Positions 35,000 to 44,758 of a DNA stretch of 64,000 nt are shown here, one piece after another; positions within the stretch are counted from its first letter, which is position 1; every line of letters begins with the position of its first letter. Source of the stretch: a virus; the IMG/VR virus record IMGVR_UViG_3300048074_000120, positions 1 to 64,000 of that record. One strand, given 5' to 3'. The position numbers and the translations under genes are program-made. The notes below the pieces were generated by a model, which saw only the letters and a program-made list of their open reading frames with translations, was not told where the DNA came from and searched no databases.

Positions 35000-35910
35000 T
35001 AGCGCCTCCGCTTCTTGCCGTGCGTCGTTGACCGACTCAGGGCAGGATCACTAGACGCCGAGGGTGCTGAAGGCGGTGGCGGAGGTTCCTCCGTTGCCGC
35101 TTCAGTGGATTCCACCGCTGAATTCGAGACCTCGATTTTCTCCTCAACCGCCGGACTTTCCTCAGTAAGTTCGGGTTCATCCACAGCGGGGGTCTCTTCA
35201 GTAGCCCCTTGGCGAATAGCTTCCGTCTGCTTTTCAGCAGTGATGCGCTCAAGCGCACGCTGCGCGGCAGGGTCTCCCGGGTACGTCCCGTCGATGTAGG
35301 TCGGCAAAGGATTGCCAGCGGGCGTGTCGTACGCGAGCGAATCCAAGCGACGATTGTACTGGGCCGGAACTGGCGGGGCTGCCGCAATGACAGGGATGCC
35401 CGCCTTCAACTGCACCAAGTCCAGCCGTCGACCGTCCTTCGTGTGCACGGACAATCTCCCAACCGCTTCATGCTCAATGAAGCTGTCCACGTTTTGAACA
35501 AGGTCACGTGCCGTAACCACCACAGGCCGACGACGGGTCAACCGCTTGTGGGGATCACCCAAAAGGTACTGCTTGAATCGATGCCGCGTGGGGTGCTGCG
35601 TGCGCACCGTACGTGTTGCCACCTTGCGCACTTGGCTATGGACGACGAGAATCTCCGGCAGCCCTAGCTCCTGAATCACCTCGTCAAGTGCGTCTGGCTT
35701 CCTCGGCGCCCTTGTCTCAGCGGGCTTGACCCACTTGGGATTGCTCCAGGCTGGGCCCCAATCTTCGCCAAAGTAGTTCTCGTAGAGCTCGGGTGCGTAC
35801 CCGGCAGCCACAAACTCTTCGAGGCAGGGCCGCTTCAACTTACCGTCAGCCTCACGCGGCTGATTGGGATACTGCTCTCTCTCGTCCATCGTAACCTCCA
35901 CGTCGAGCAT
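34999..35910 (-). CDS. Hypothetical protein downstream of MCP
   Basis: 303-aa ORF with acidic Pro-rich tail. Confidence 0.7.
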   Translation of the reverse strand: MLDVEVTMDEREQYPNQPREADGKLKRPCLEEFVAAGYAPELYENYFGEDWGPAWSNPKWVKPAETRAPRKPDALDEVIQELGLPEILVVHSQVRKVATRTVRTQHPTRHRFKQYLLGDPHKRLTRRRPVVVTARDLVQNVDSFIEHEAVGRLSVHTKDGRRLDLVQLKAGIPVIAAAPPVPAQYNRRLDSLAYDTPAGNPLPTYIDGTYPGDPAAQRALERITAEKQTEAIRQGATEETPAVDEPELTEESPAVEEKIEVSNSAVESTEAATEEPPPPPSAPSASSDPALSRSTTHGKKRRR

Positions 35911-35927
35911 ACAACCTTCTCAGAACT

Positions 35928-35963
35928 AAGAAAGGGCGCCGGGCCCACGGCACCGACGCCCTT
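35928..35963 (-). terminator. Rho-independent terminator after major capsid gene
   Basis: AAGGGCGTCGG-N10-CCGGCGCCCTT 11-bp stem followed by TCTT. Confidence 0.7.
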
Positions 35964-35988
35964 CCGCGTTCCTGCTTACTGCTGCAGG

Positions 35989-37107
35989 TTAGAACTGAGA
36001 GACTTGCGGGAACTTCAGCCCATCGCCCACGCGATTGTTGACCGCGCCGAGTGCGTCTTCCGACCTCGGGATGAAGTTAGAAATCAGGCTGTCCGCATCG
36101 GTAGTCGGGTTCGCGTCGCCCGAGTACAGCTCGAGCTTTCGAACTGAAGCGATGTTGATAACCGACATGCCGATGTCTTCCCAGGCCTGGAACGTGATCG
36201 TGTTGGCGATCTTGTCGATGTAGAACTTCGTGTTGTTCAGAACGTAGAACTTCCCGAAGAACTCAGGCTTGGTGAAGATGTAGACGTTGCCAGGACGAAG
36301 AATGTCGGTCTTGATGGTACGAATGTACGAACGACCCAGCAGGGTGTTGTACTTGTACCCGTCGACCGTAGTCTCGGACTGCACGCGGTCACCAAAGTCT
36401 TCCACCGTCCATTGCAGGACGTCGTCCCAATCGACCTCAGTCATGAGCATACGCTCTGACCGCAGTCGGTTCCCGTCCAACATCTTGAAGAGGTTGACGA
36501 GATCGGGGCGCTGAATGGGGAGAACTTCAGCACTGTTGGCCAAGGCATTACGTGCGAGCTCGCCCTTGCGGACGGAGAACTCGACCGTGCTGCCGATGGT
36601 GCCAACGTGCAGGGCTGCCGCCGTGCCACCGTTGGCTTCAGTTTGCAGTGCTTGCACCGCAGCTTCGATGTGGATCGTGAACTCACGGTCCTCGATTTCC
36701 TGGATGTCCTTCACCGAGTTCTCTTCGATGACCTTGGTGATGGGCATTTCGTACGCCAAGAGTTCCTGCTCCGTCTTTTGGAACATCTCAGAACTGATGG
36801 TGTAGAAAGCAACCTCAGCCTTGTCGCCACGGATGAAGCGGGCTTGAGGTGATCCACGGAATGTGATCGCCATGGCGCGAGACTGCGGCTCGATGTCCAC
36901 AATCTTGACCAAGGTGTCGTGGTTGACCGAGCGCTGACAGTCTGCACGCGTGACCTGCTCCGGCGGTATGACTTTGCGGGCAAAGCTCACCTCACGGAGG
37001 CGGTCACGGATGTAGGAACCACCATACTCGGCGATCTTTTCTTTGCCCTCACTCGTACCGAGTTTGGAAGCAAAGAGCTCGTTCATAACACTCGCCGGAA
37101 CTGCCAT
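35989..37107 (-). CDS. Major capsid protein (HK97 fold)
   Basis: 372 aa; AAGGAG RBS, strong C/G-ending codon bias, own terminator; order protease-scaffolds-decoration-MCP-adaptor. Confidence 0.8.
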   Translation of the reverse strand: MAVPASVMNELFASKLGTSEGKEKIAEYGGSYIRDRLREVSFARKVIPPEQVTRADCQRSVNHDTLVKIVDIEPQSRAMAITFRGSPQARFIRGDKAEVAFYTISSEMFQKTEQELLAYEMPITKVIEENSVKDIQEIEDREFTIHIEAAVQALQTEANGGTAAALHVGTIGSTVEFSVRKGELARNALANSAEVLPIQRPDLVNLFKMLDGNRLRSERMLMTEVDWDDVLQWTVEDFGDRVQSETTVDGYKYNTLLGRSYIRTIKTDILRPGNVYIFTKPEFFGKFYVLNNTKFYIDKIANTITFQAWEDIGMSVINIASVRKLELYSGDANPTTDADSLISNFIPRSEDALGAVNNRVGDGLKFPQVSQF

Positions 37108-37161
37108 TGGGGTATCTCCTTGTAGTATCCCTTGTGTTTTTGCCTACGGGTATTCCAGCGG

Positions 37162-37686
37162 TTAGCTGCGGTATCCCGAGATGAATCTGAGCTTACCACC
37201 GTTGCTGGCAGGAAGCCGAGTGACGTAACCCACTACGGGTGATGCATCTGACGAACCGCCGTGGCCAACAAGGCCAACGTAGTTGCGGCTGCCAACGGTG
37301 ATGGTTGCAACCTTGAGGGGCTGCAGCACGGTTGTGATCGCGGCGCCTGAGCCGAGGGCGACAGAAGCATCGAATACGCGGGTGTCGGCCTCGTACTCAC
37401 CACGGAACAAGCCCGTAGTCTTCTTGTCTGCCATGCCCATACGGTCCGAACGACCGCGCTCGCTGAAGCAAATGAAGCTTCTCACGGTGGCAAGGGTGCC
37501 GGGGGTGGCTACTGCCGCGGCACGAACCCACTTGTAGTTCGTGTCAATCGTCAGCCATTCGCCATCCACGAGGGCAACGGCGTTTGTAGGATCAGCCAGC
37601 GACGCATCTGCGAGCGGGAGGTCTTTCCTCCAGACGGGCAGAATATCGCTGACGGGCTCAAAATTGACCTTCTGAATCGTCGACAT
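37162..37686 (-). CDS. Putative capsid decoration/cement protein
   Basis: 174-aa beta-rich protein directly upstream of MCP; AGGAGG RBS. Confidence 0.6.
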   Translation of the reverse strand: MSTIQKVNFEPVSDILPVWRKDLPLADASLADPTNAVALVDGEWLTIDTNYKWVRAAAVATPGTLATVRSFICFSERGRSDRMGMADKKTTGLFRGEYEADTRVFDASVALGSGAAITTVLQPLKVATITVGSRNYVGLVGHGGSSDASPVVGYVTRLPASNGGKLRFISGYRS

Positions 37687-37714
37687 TGTATTACTTTCCT
37701 CCTGTCAGCCTCTG

Positions 37715-38068
37715 TCAGCCAAGCAAAAACCGCTCAAGGTCGCTGGACCCTGCGGAACCCGAGAGCTCGTCGGACACGGCGGCATGCTTTCCCATGTCCG
37801 TTCCTACGAGCTGCACAGCTTGTTCGATGGCATCGATGTTGACGGAGCCGGTAGATGCCGACTTCTCCAATTCGTTTGCCACGGTCTGAACATCACCATC
37901 ACGAATCCCTTTTTCGATCATCGTGCTGGCAATCTTCTCAATTCGGTTTCGGGATTGTCCCGCCAGGTACGCGTCTCGATAAAAGTCGCGTTCCTGTGCG
38001 AGTTTGAGCAATGTACCGGGAACTTCCGCCAGAACTGCTCTCTGATCTTCTGCACTTAGCTTGTTCAT
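37715..38068 (-). CDS. Small helical scaffold-like protein
   Basis: Start MNKLSAE at 38068; LKLAQ, EKIAS, EKSAS, GKHAA. Confidence 0.65.
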   Translation of the reverse strand: MNKLSAEDQRAVLAEVPGTLLKLAQERDFYRDAYLAGQSRNRIEKIASTMIEKGIRDGDVQTVANELEKSASTGSVNIDAIEQAVQLVGTDMGKHAAVSDELSGSAGSSDLERFLLG

Positions 38069-38084
38069 CTTAGGGGTTCTCCAA

Positions 38085-39476
38085 TTACATTGCCGAGCTG
38101 GCCGCGCCGCCAACCTGGGGAGCCTGGAAAGCACCCATGCCGGCGCTTACCTTTTTCTTGGACTTACCATCGGGGCAGGCTTCTGCAGCCAGCTTCTCGA
38201 GGACAGCCCGCGCGGCCATGGCGCGAACTGAGGAGGCGATCTTGACGCCGGCTTTGCCGGTGTTGTCGAACGCTTGCTCCAGCGTGCGGTCATGCGCCGC
38301 CGATAGAGCAGGCTCGGTCAGAACATGTGCCAGCTGTGCCTTCACTGGGGCTTTCGCCTCACGCTTCTGGTAGTTGATGGCCGCTTCATTCGAACCGACG
38401 AGGCCTCGAGGGCCTTCCGGCATGCCACCGGCAGGAGCTCCACCAGACTCGCCCGCCATTGAAGTCTCAGGGGGCACAGCTGCGCCCGCTGAAATCTTGG
38501 CAGGATTGATGGCGTCTTCCGCGGCTTTGACCATGGACACGAAGTAGTCTACCAAGCGGGCGTCAACAGCCGAAGCTTCTTTCTCGCCTTCACCGCCGCC
38601 CGCCTTACGCTCTTTGGCTTCGAGCTTCTTCTCAGCAGCTTGTTCTGCCGCAGGTTCGCGTGTCTTGTCGTCCTTGTTTTCACCCTTACCAATGGGGAAC
38701 TGAGCGACCTTACGGAGAAGCGCAACGTGGCTGAGCTTCACCGGTTGCTCTTTGTGCATCATCGAGGCGTTATCCTCGAGAGCATTGGCGGGGCCCTTCG
38801 GGGTCTCGGCCGGCTTGTGCTCGCCGGGATTCTTGGGGGGTACATGTGCGGGCGTCGCCGTCCCACTGTGGCCCGCTTCAATCTCGTTGTTGGACGAAGT
38901 TGCCTCCAACACTTGAAGCGCGTTAGGGCCAGTTCCGGCACCTTCCTCGGCGACCTTCATGGTGTCCGCGACATAAGCCACGGCCGCCGCAAGCTTTTCG
39001 ACGTAGTTAGTGGGAATGGACTCGATGCCAGAAGCTTGTGCCGCTTTGGCAGAAGCCACCTTCTCGCCAGCGTTGGCGAGTTGCCGATTACCTTCGAGAG
39101 CAACCGACGCATGATCAGAGACGCTTTGCGTAGCCGCCTTGATCATATCCTGAATTGTGAAACGTTGGGTCATCGCAGACATAGGAACCTCATGGTGAGC
39201 TACCTTGGGTGGAAGAAATCCTTGTGGATCTGTAGGAAGCCCCTTTTGAGTTGAGGCACCCAAATCCGCGGGAGGAGGAGAACCGGAATTGACGCGTGAG
39301 TAGTTGGTGCGTGGGGCCAAGCCTTTCGGACCCGAGAGCCCTGGTGCTGGCTTGTTCCCCACCGCCAACTCGGGCAGGGGAGCCGTCGCAGCTGCGCCTA
39401 CTGCCGGATCGGCAAGAGGCACGGAAGGGGCGCCTGCCACCTTCCTGAACTGCGATAAAAGCTCCCATGCTTGCAT
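38085..39476 (-). CDS. Ala/Pro-rich head-internal or scaffold-like protein
   Basis: About 13 K-x-A motifs; an internal start at MSAMTQRF is possible. Confidence 0.7.
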   Translation of the reverse strand: MQAWELLSQFRKVAGAPSVPLADPAVGAAATAPLPELAVGNKPAPGLSGPKGLAPRTNYSRVNSGSPPPADLGASTQKGLPTDPQGFLPPKVAHHEVPMSAMTQRFTIQDMIKAATQSVSDHASVALEGNRQLANAGEKVASAKAAQASGIESIPTNYVEKLAAAVAYVADTMKVAEEGAGTGPNALQVLEATSSNNEIEAGHSGTATPAHVPPKNPGEHKPAETPKGPANALEDNASMMHKEQPVKLSHVALLRKVAQFPIGKGENKDDKTREPAAEQAAEKKLEAKERKAGGGEGEKEASAVDARLVDYFVSMVKAAEDAINPAKISAGAAVPPETSMAGESGGAPAGGMPEGPRGLVGSNEAAINYQKREAKAPVKAQLAHVLTEPALSAAHDRTLEQAFDNTGKAGVKIASSVRAMAARAVLEKLAAEACPDGKSKKKVSAGMGAFQAPQVGGAASSAM

Positions 39477-39508
39477 CTTTCGACCATTCCAGAGGGTTCA
39501 ACTCGCTC

Positions 39509-40324
39509 TTACTGTACTTGGCTCCAATCCACCTGGAAGCCGGCTGCGTCACAGATCTCAAGAGCACGATACTCGAGAGCCTTGTTCTCATCAGCCGCCG
39601 ACGCCATCTTCACGCTCTCAGGGAGGCCGAGGACGTACGCGGCATTGACGCGCTCGAAGGCAACCTTCGCATCAACGTTGGCTTGCTTCAGCATGTTGAT
39701 GGCGTGCCACGCGGCAATCTCATCGAAGTTCGGCGTGCTGGTTGAGCCCGGAACGCTTGCAGTCTTCGCCTGCTCAAAAGCAGCGATGATCGCATTGGCG
39801 CGTGCGACGGAAGCTTCCTTCTCACCGCCCTCGTCCTTCTTGCCTTCTTCCTTCTTTTCCTTGCCCTCTTCCTTACACTCTTTGCCTTCTTCCTTCTTGG
39901 CAAAGGGGAAACCGCCCATGGCGGCCGAGACTTTGGCCATCTCGTCAACAAACGAATGCGCCATGATGCGGCCCATCGCTTCGGCTTCGGCACACTTCAC
40001 GGCAGCCGCACGCTTCTCTTGGTACTCAGCGCGCGCAGCAGCTTCCTTTTCCTTGAGAGCTTTCTCCTCGATCTTCTCTTCAGCCTTGGTTTCTTTGGCT
40101 TCGTGCTCGGGCTTGCCCTCGCCAGCGGACTTGATTTGCATGGCAACCTTGAAGAGGTCAGCGACCTTCTCATCGGTAAGCTGCGAGACGTCGATATTCT
40201 CCTTGCGGCAAAGTGCGCCGAAGAATTCGTAGTCAGCCTGCTTCACCAAGTCTTCTTCGGTGTGCGCGGCGGCCGTCTTTGTGTTGAACACGTCTGCGAG
40301 TAGAGAGCTCATGGATTGCGACAT
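39509..40324 (-). CDS. Prohead scaffold-like protein (E/K/A-rich)
   Basis: Immediately downstream of the protease; highly charged helices; about 13 K-x-A motifs. Confidence 0.7.
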   Translation of the reverse strand: MSQSMSSLLADVFNTKTAAAHTEEDLVKQADYEFFGALCRKENIDVSQLTDEKVADLFKVAMQIKSAGEGKPEHEAKETKAEEKIEEKALKEKEAAARAEYQEKRAAAVKCAEAEAMGRIMAHSFVDEMAKVSAAMGGFPFAKKEEGKECKEEGKEKKEEGKKDEGGEKEASVARANAIIAAFEQAKTASVPGSTSTPNFDEIAAWHAINMLKQANVDAKVAFERVNAAYVLGLPESVKMASAADENKALEYRALEICDAAGFQVDWSQVQ

Positions 40325-40336
40325 ATTGATCGACTC

Positions 40337-42103
40337 CTAACTGGAATGCTGTCTTGTTCCTAATCGCGTGGTCTCCAAGGGGAGTGCCCTCTGCACGCTG
40401 GCCGTAGCCGGGTAGCTTGATATCTTTACCACCCCCTGCCCTGAAGCCCCAACAGGTACTTCATCGAGGAAGGCACCTGACAGGTATTGAAATGACAGAG
40501 GAGTAAAGAGCTGTTCTGCAGAAGCGCCAGCAAGCTTACGCAAAGCGACGTCACTTTGTGACATCGAAGACTCCATCAAGTCTTGAGCGTGCGGTACAAA
40601 CTGCATGAGGTTTTCTCGATAGCCGTTGTAGGCTGCCCCAATCTTACGGAGTAGTTCCGAGGAATGGGAAGTACTTGGCTTTGAGGTCTTGGACGAAGAA
40701 CCGTCGATAATCACCACGCGATGCTCAATTATTGGCCCGAATGCAGAACGATCTGCCATCAACGGCGCCAGAATCTGCGCTAACGCGGGGCTAAAAGAAG
40801 CGGTGTCCATCGGTGTATCGGTTTTCTCGTCTGTCCTCGGGAATACCTGACCCATGGATTCTAACTGATCGGCTAAATCTCCCTTGCCGAGACTGATCAA
40901 CGTCACCCGTTGAAACTCCCGGGGACGCAGCACCATGCCTAGGCCTGCCGTCGTCGATAACGCCTGCGAAAGGCCAGAAGATCCAAGAAGACTTTGAATC
41001 TCCTCAGGCAAATCGGGCTCATGCTCAGTGAGAAGGGGGACGGCTTTACCAGCAAGCTGGTTTGGCACCACCTCCTTGTTCATGGCCTCCTTAGGCGCTG
41101 CCACCATCTCGGCCAAAGCCCGCACTCCCCTTTCGGTAAGCAGAGCTGCCGTCTTTTCCTGCACATAGTTAGGAACCCAGAGGCCTGTGTACTCCGAAAG
41201 CTTTTCGGCAAGCTCGGCTGAGCCAATACTGTAGACGCGGCCGTTGTCGGCAATCTTCAGCATGGCCTTGGCGATCTTGTCGGCGCCGATGAACACAAAG
41301 CTGATGTCGAAGAAGCCCGGAAAGTCGTTATCCACCCAGACTTTGCGCCCGTCGGGGAGGATGTGGTTCATCATCGTGCGCGCATACGTTGAATAGTCGT
41401 TGCGCGTAATGCTCAGCCCACGGATGCCAACGCCGTCCTTCTCTTTGAGCTTCTTGTGAAACTCGAGGATGGCTTCGCCCGGGCTCTTGTGCTTCCTTGG
41501 ATCGTAGGTCCCCCACGCCTTCAAGTACAACTCACGGTCTAGCGTGATGGAGCATGTGTCGAAAGGGACCTTAGTGCCCATGCTCACGTCGGGAAAATCC
41601 CCCGCCTTGAGCTTGTCCCAAATGCCTTCGCCCCCGTACTTGCGGCACAGCTGCTGGTCAAGACGCGTCACCAGCTCCACCCGCTTCATGTGGCTGTTCC
41701 ACGCAGCTAGCTCAACAAAACCTAACGCCCGGGTGGCGTCCTTGTTTCTATGGTGGGGAAATACATGAGCACGATAGAACGTCGGAAAGCCGTAGGCCCA
41801 CTTGGCCCCAAGGACCTTATCCACAGCAGGTATCCCCGTCCAGTTTGCCGGCTTATGTACTAACGCCGCCTCAGAGAAACGATCTCCATTGATGTTTGAA
41901 CCGTAGTACTCGCCGGCGCCCATCGCATTGACGAGTACATATTGTGAGTCATTCCGAGGTTGAAGCTGAGCAATGTAGCTTGCTACCTCCGGCAGCAAAT
42001 TTACCGAAGCAGTCTTCTCGAAATACGAGTCGGCGGCTCCAAACAGTGGAACCGCCGCAGGACCATACTCCTCGCTACCTTGGAATAAGCTGACCTTGAT
42101 CAC
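40337..42103 (-). CDS. Prohead (maturation) protease with C-terminal extension
   Basis: SNINGDRF, HVFPHHRNKD...ALG.V, DVSMGTKVPFDTCSI, FFDISFVFIGAD: HK97/herpes-type serine protease pattern as recalled. Confidence 0.7.
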   Translation of the reverse strand: MIKVSLFQGSEEYGPAAVPLFGAADSYFEKTASVNLLPEVASYIAQLQPRNDSQYVLVNAMGAGEYYGSNINGDRFSEAALVHKPANWTGIPAVDKVLGAKWAYGFPTFYRAHVFPHHRNKDATRALGFVELAAWNSHMKRVELVTRLDQQLCRKYGGEGIWDKLKAGDFPDVSMGTKVPFDTCSITLDRELYLKAWGTYDPRKHKSPGEAILEFHKKLKEKDGVGIRGLSITRNDYSTYARTMMNHILPDGRKVWVDNDFPGFFDISFVFIGADKIAKAMLKIADNGRVYSIGSAELAEKLSEYTGLWVPNYVQEKTAALLTERGVRALAEMVAAPKEAMNKEVVPNQLAGKAVPLLTEHEPDLPEEIQSLLGSSGLSQALSTTAGLGMVLRPREFQRVTLISLGKGDLADQLESMGQVFPRTDEKTDTPMDTASFSPALAQILAPLMADRSAFGPIIEHRVVIIDGSSSKTSKPSTSHSSELLRKIGAAYNGYRENLMQFVPHAQDLMESSMSQSDVALRKLAGASAEQLFTPLSFQYLSGAFLDEVPVGASGQGVVKISSYPATASVQRALPLETTRLGTRQHSS

Positions 42104-42109
42104 AGTAAT

Positions 42110-42118
42110 ACAATACCA
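42110..42118 (-). promoter_or_regulatory. Extended -10 element, probable leaderless start of protease gene
   Basis: TGG-TATTGT-ATTACT-GTG, no SD before the start. Confidence 0.45.
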
Positions 42119-42127
42119 TCTAGGCGA

Positions 42128-42724
42128 TTACCCATAAGTATTGTCCGTCATCTCAGTGTTCTTCCAACCTTCTGTTTGCGGATCGAACTGATGCTTCACT
42201 TGACGCACCAAGTTCTTCTTGCCCTCAGACGGTTTCAACCCAGAGCCAAGAACTTGGCCAAATGCACTTTGAGCGGCGTCTGCGCCGGGGCCCTTGCGCG
42301 GTTGCTTGAGGTCACCCATGGCACGCACGCCCACCATGCCGCGACTCTCCTCGGGAGTCTCCATGGCATTGCGCATGTAAGCACCAGCCACCATTGGCTC
42401 CCGCGTAAAGTCGGGAGCAAAGGTGCGAAGTGAAGTAAACATACGATTGAACCCAGCCGGATCAGCCTGTTGGTGTGCCCGCAGGTCCGGGTTGGCTTCT
42501 AGCATTTGACGAAAGTCATGCGCCTTAGTGGCCGCCAAGTACATCTTCTCCGTAGCGCCTACTGCACCAGCAAAGCCTGCGGCACCAATGCCCGCACCCA
42601 CGGCGGCAACCGCGGCACCACCAACACGTCTTGCCGTAGGTGATGTCAGCGCTGACCGCATCCCTCCGAGATTGAGCCCCAACGCCTGCTTCGTGAGAAA
42701 AAACTCTTCAACGGGATTTGCCAT
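42128..42724 (-). CDS. Putative head-internal protein with N-terminal glycine-rich hydrophobic helix
   Basis: TKQAL; VGGAAVAAVGAGIGAAGFAGAVGA. Confidence 0.7.
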   Translation of the reverse strand: MANPVEEFFLTKQALGLNLGGMRSALTSPTARRVGGAAVAAVGAGIGAAGFAGAVGATEKMYLAATKAHDFRQMLEANPDLRAHQQADPAGFNRMFTSLRTFAPDFTREPMVAGAYMRNAMETPEESRGMVGVRAMGDLKQPRKGPGADAAQSAFGQVLGSGLKPSEGKKNLVRQVKHQFDPQTEGWKNTEMTDNTYG

Positions 42725-42726
42725 AG

Positions 42727-43989
42727 TTACTGCCCTGTCATGTTACGGTATCGACGATTTTGATACTCTGCGGTACCCGGCACGATTGACTTGACCGCCT
42801 GCAGGCTACCCTGCACTGCAGGGCGGTCGGTAACGTTCTGCAGGGCTGCGTTCCCCGCCAAACCGGCACCGGCCAAACCTAGGATCTTGGTTCCTTTCGC
42901 GAGCGCGGGAGCCACACGCTCAGCATCTTTGGCGCCAACCAAGACATGCGCCACAGGCTTTGCCGCCGCATCGATGCCGCGGCTAACCAACGAGAGGCCC
43001 TTTCTTGCTGCCCCAACAACACCCCCGGCCCCTTGCTTCAGCAGGGACTCCGTTGTGGAAGCGCCTTCCTCGAGCTCAGTCTGCAACGCCCGGATCGAAG
43101 CTAGCTTATTCAACGTCTCAACGAACTCGGCGTAGGTCTCTACAAGCGGGTGCTCAGTATTCACCTGACCACGCGAAGCGCGCTTTTCGAGCGACGCACC
43201 GATGGCATCTAACGACTCAAACAGTCGATCACGCTGAAAACGTGGAGCGAACACATCGAAGGCTACCTTCACGTACACAGGCTCGGTGGTGACCTCCGAC
43301 CATGCATTCACGATGTCGCCTAGGCTGGTCCCGTCAAGCGACGCTTGCTTCACCTGGCCATAAAGCCGATTGCAGACCTCAGCGTAATCGACCTCGAGAC
43401 TATCGATCTCGGCGCTGAGCGCATCGCGCGCGCCCGCCAACTTGTGCCGCAGATCCATGAGAGGACGCATCGGCTCGGCATAAGCCATGCCAACCTCGCG
43501 ACCCCCGCCCAACATCTCCCACAAGTGCTCTTCATACCTTGACGCGGTCTTGGGCGCTTCAACAGAGGCTGTCTTCTCCAATGAAGTTGTGCCACGCTCT
43601 GCACAAGCCCGCTTGGCCATCGATGGCGGCATTGAGTAGTCGAGCGTGCCACGGTCCCACAGGGAGCCGCCGCCTCCATCATTCAAGTCTTGAAGCACCT
43701 GCGAGGGAGACGCCGGTCCGCAATCAAAATGAATGACCTTGTGTCCGCTGGACTCTTTCCTAAATTCCTTCAGGTAGGCATCGCCGTTGGTGAACTCGAC
43801 CACGCGGCACACCTGCTCGGGGGAAAGCTGCTCGCCACGGATGGTATTCACGACCGCATCATTCAGCGAAGCGTACTTCCCCAGCGTCCAATCTTCGGCG
43901 GCCTTCTTCCCAAGAACCTCGAGGTGTTCACCGGAAACGGGTCGCGCGTCTCGTTGCTGAAGAACGGTCTGCAGGGGGGCGTCATTCAT
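42727..43989 (-). CDS. Putative head-internal protein
   Basis: Start MNDAPL at 43989; EKTAS, PKTAS, HKLAG, VKQAS, EKRAS, NKLAS; C-terminal ILGLAGAGLAGNAAL. Confidence 0.75.
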   Translation of the reverse strand: MNDAPLQTVLQQRDARPVSGEHLEVLGKKAAEDWTLGKYASLNDAVVNTIRGEQLSPEQVCRVVEFTNGDAYLKEFRKESSGHKVIHFDCGPASPSQVLQDLNDGGGGSLWDRGTLDYSMPPSMAKRACAERGTTSLEKTASVEAPKTASRYEEHLWEMLGGGREVGMAYAEPMRPLMDLRHKLAGARDALSAEIDSLEVDYAEVCNRLYGQVKQASLDGTSLGDIVNAWSEVTTEPVYVKVAFDVFAPRFQRDRLFESLDAIGASLEKRASRGQVNTEHPLVETYAEFVETLNKLASIRALQTELEEGASTTESLLKQGAGGVVGAARKGLSLVSRGIDAAAKPVAHVLVGAKDAERVAPALAKGTKILGLAGAGLAGNAALQNVTDRPAVQGSLQAVKSIVPGTAEYQNRRYRNMTGQ

Positions 43990-44053
43990 GGCACTTGCCT
44001 TTCTCCATTGCAACAATACATCGTCCCCTAGAAGTAACACGCCGGCCGGATCC

Positions 44054-44758
44054 ATGGGAAGGCAAGACACCAACCTCAGTCACACCAAAACGGCAGAGAT
44101 ACTGGGCATATCTCGTCGACACCTATGGAGATTGGTGAACCAAGGGTACATCTTCCCAGCGGAGACTTCATTCTATCGAAAGGAACCTCGCTACAACGAG
44201 GCTGAGGTTTACGCCTTGCTCGAGCTACGCATGCGACGGCTCGATATGCCATCGGTGGCGGCCATGGCGCTTCGAGCACAAGCGGCTAGCCGTACCGCCG
44301 GGGATCGGCTCGCCCAGATCTGTAACCTCCTAGGCATCAACGACACCAAGCTTGGCACCGATGAAGAGTCCATCTTCGACCTATACGTGAGGGTACGGGC
44401 GGCAACACGAGAGGACCATGGCACTTGGGAGACCGGCGCTGTCATGGAATGGGCTGCCACCCTGAACACCATCGACGAGGCCTACCTCGAACTGCTCGCC
44501 CATCACACGATGGGGGATAGCCCCTGGGAGTATTTCCTTCTGCTTGCCAACAAGGTCATGTTGCACCGTGGAACTGCCACTGATGCCAACCTAGACTTTG
44601 CTTTCTCCTGCATGGACGCAGCCCGCCGCAACCTTCGCTGTGTCGCTTACTTTTATGTGCTGCGTCGGCACGGGCATCGCATAGCAAACAAGACCTTTTC
44701 CAAGGATGAAGCGACCAACGCAGTCATCGCCCAACTGTATCCTCAGGCAATTGCCTAG
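44054..44758 (+). CDS. DNA-binding protein with N-terminal MerR/excisionase-type HTH
   Basis: LSHTKTAEILGISRRHLWRLVNQGYI...RYNEAEV. Confidence 0.7.
   Translation: MGRQDTNLSHTKTAEILGISRRHLWRLVNQGYIFPAETSFYRKEPRYNEAEVYALLELRMRRLDMPSVAAMALRAQAASRTAGDRLAQICNLLGINDTKLGTDEESIFDLYVRVRAATREDHGTWETGAVMEWAATLNTIDEAYLELLAHHTMGDSPWEYFLLLANKVMLHRGTATDANLDFAFSCMDAARRNLRCVAYFYVLRRHGHRIANKTFSKDEATNAVIAQLYPQAIA

Noticed and set aside
40337-40390. Third Leu-Pro-Leu (CTC CCC TTG) near the end of the protease gene as another frameshift site
   Set aside because: C CCC TTG is not X XXY YYZ, no SD/stem pair was found, and there is no gap to fill because the next gene starts 12 nt after the stop
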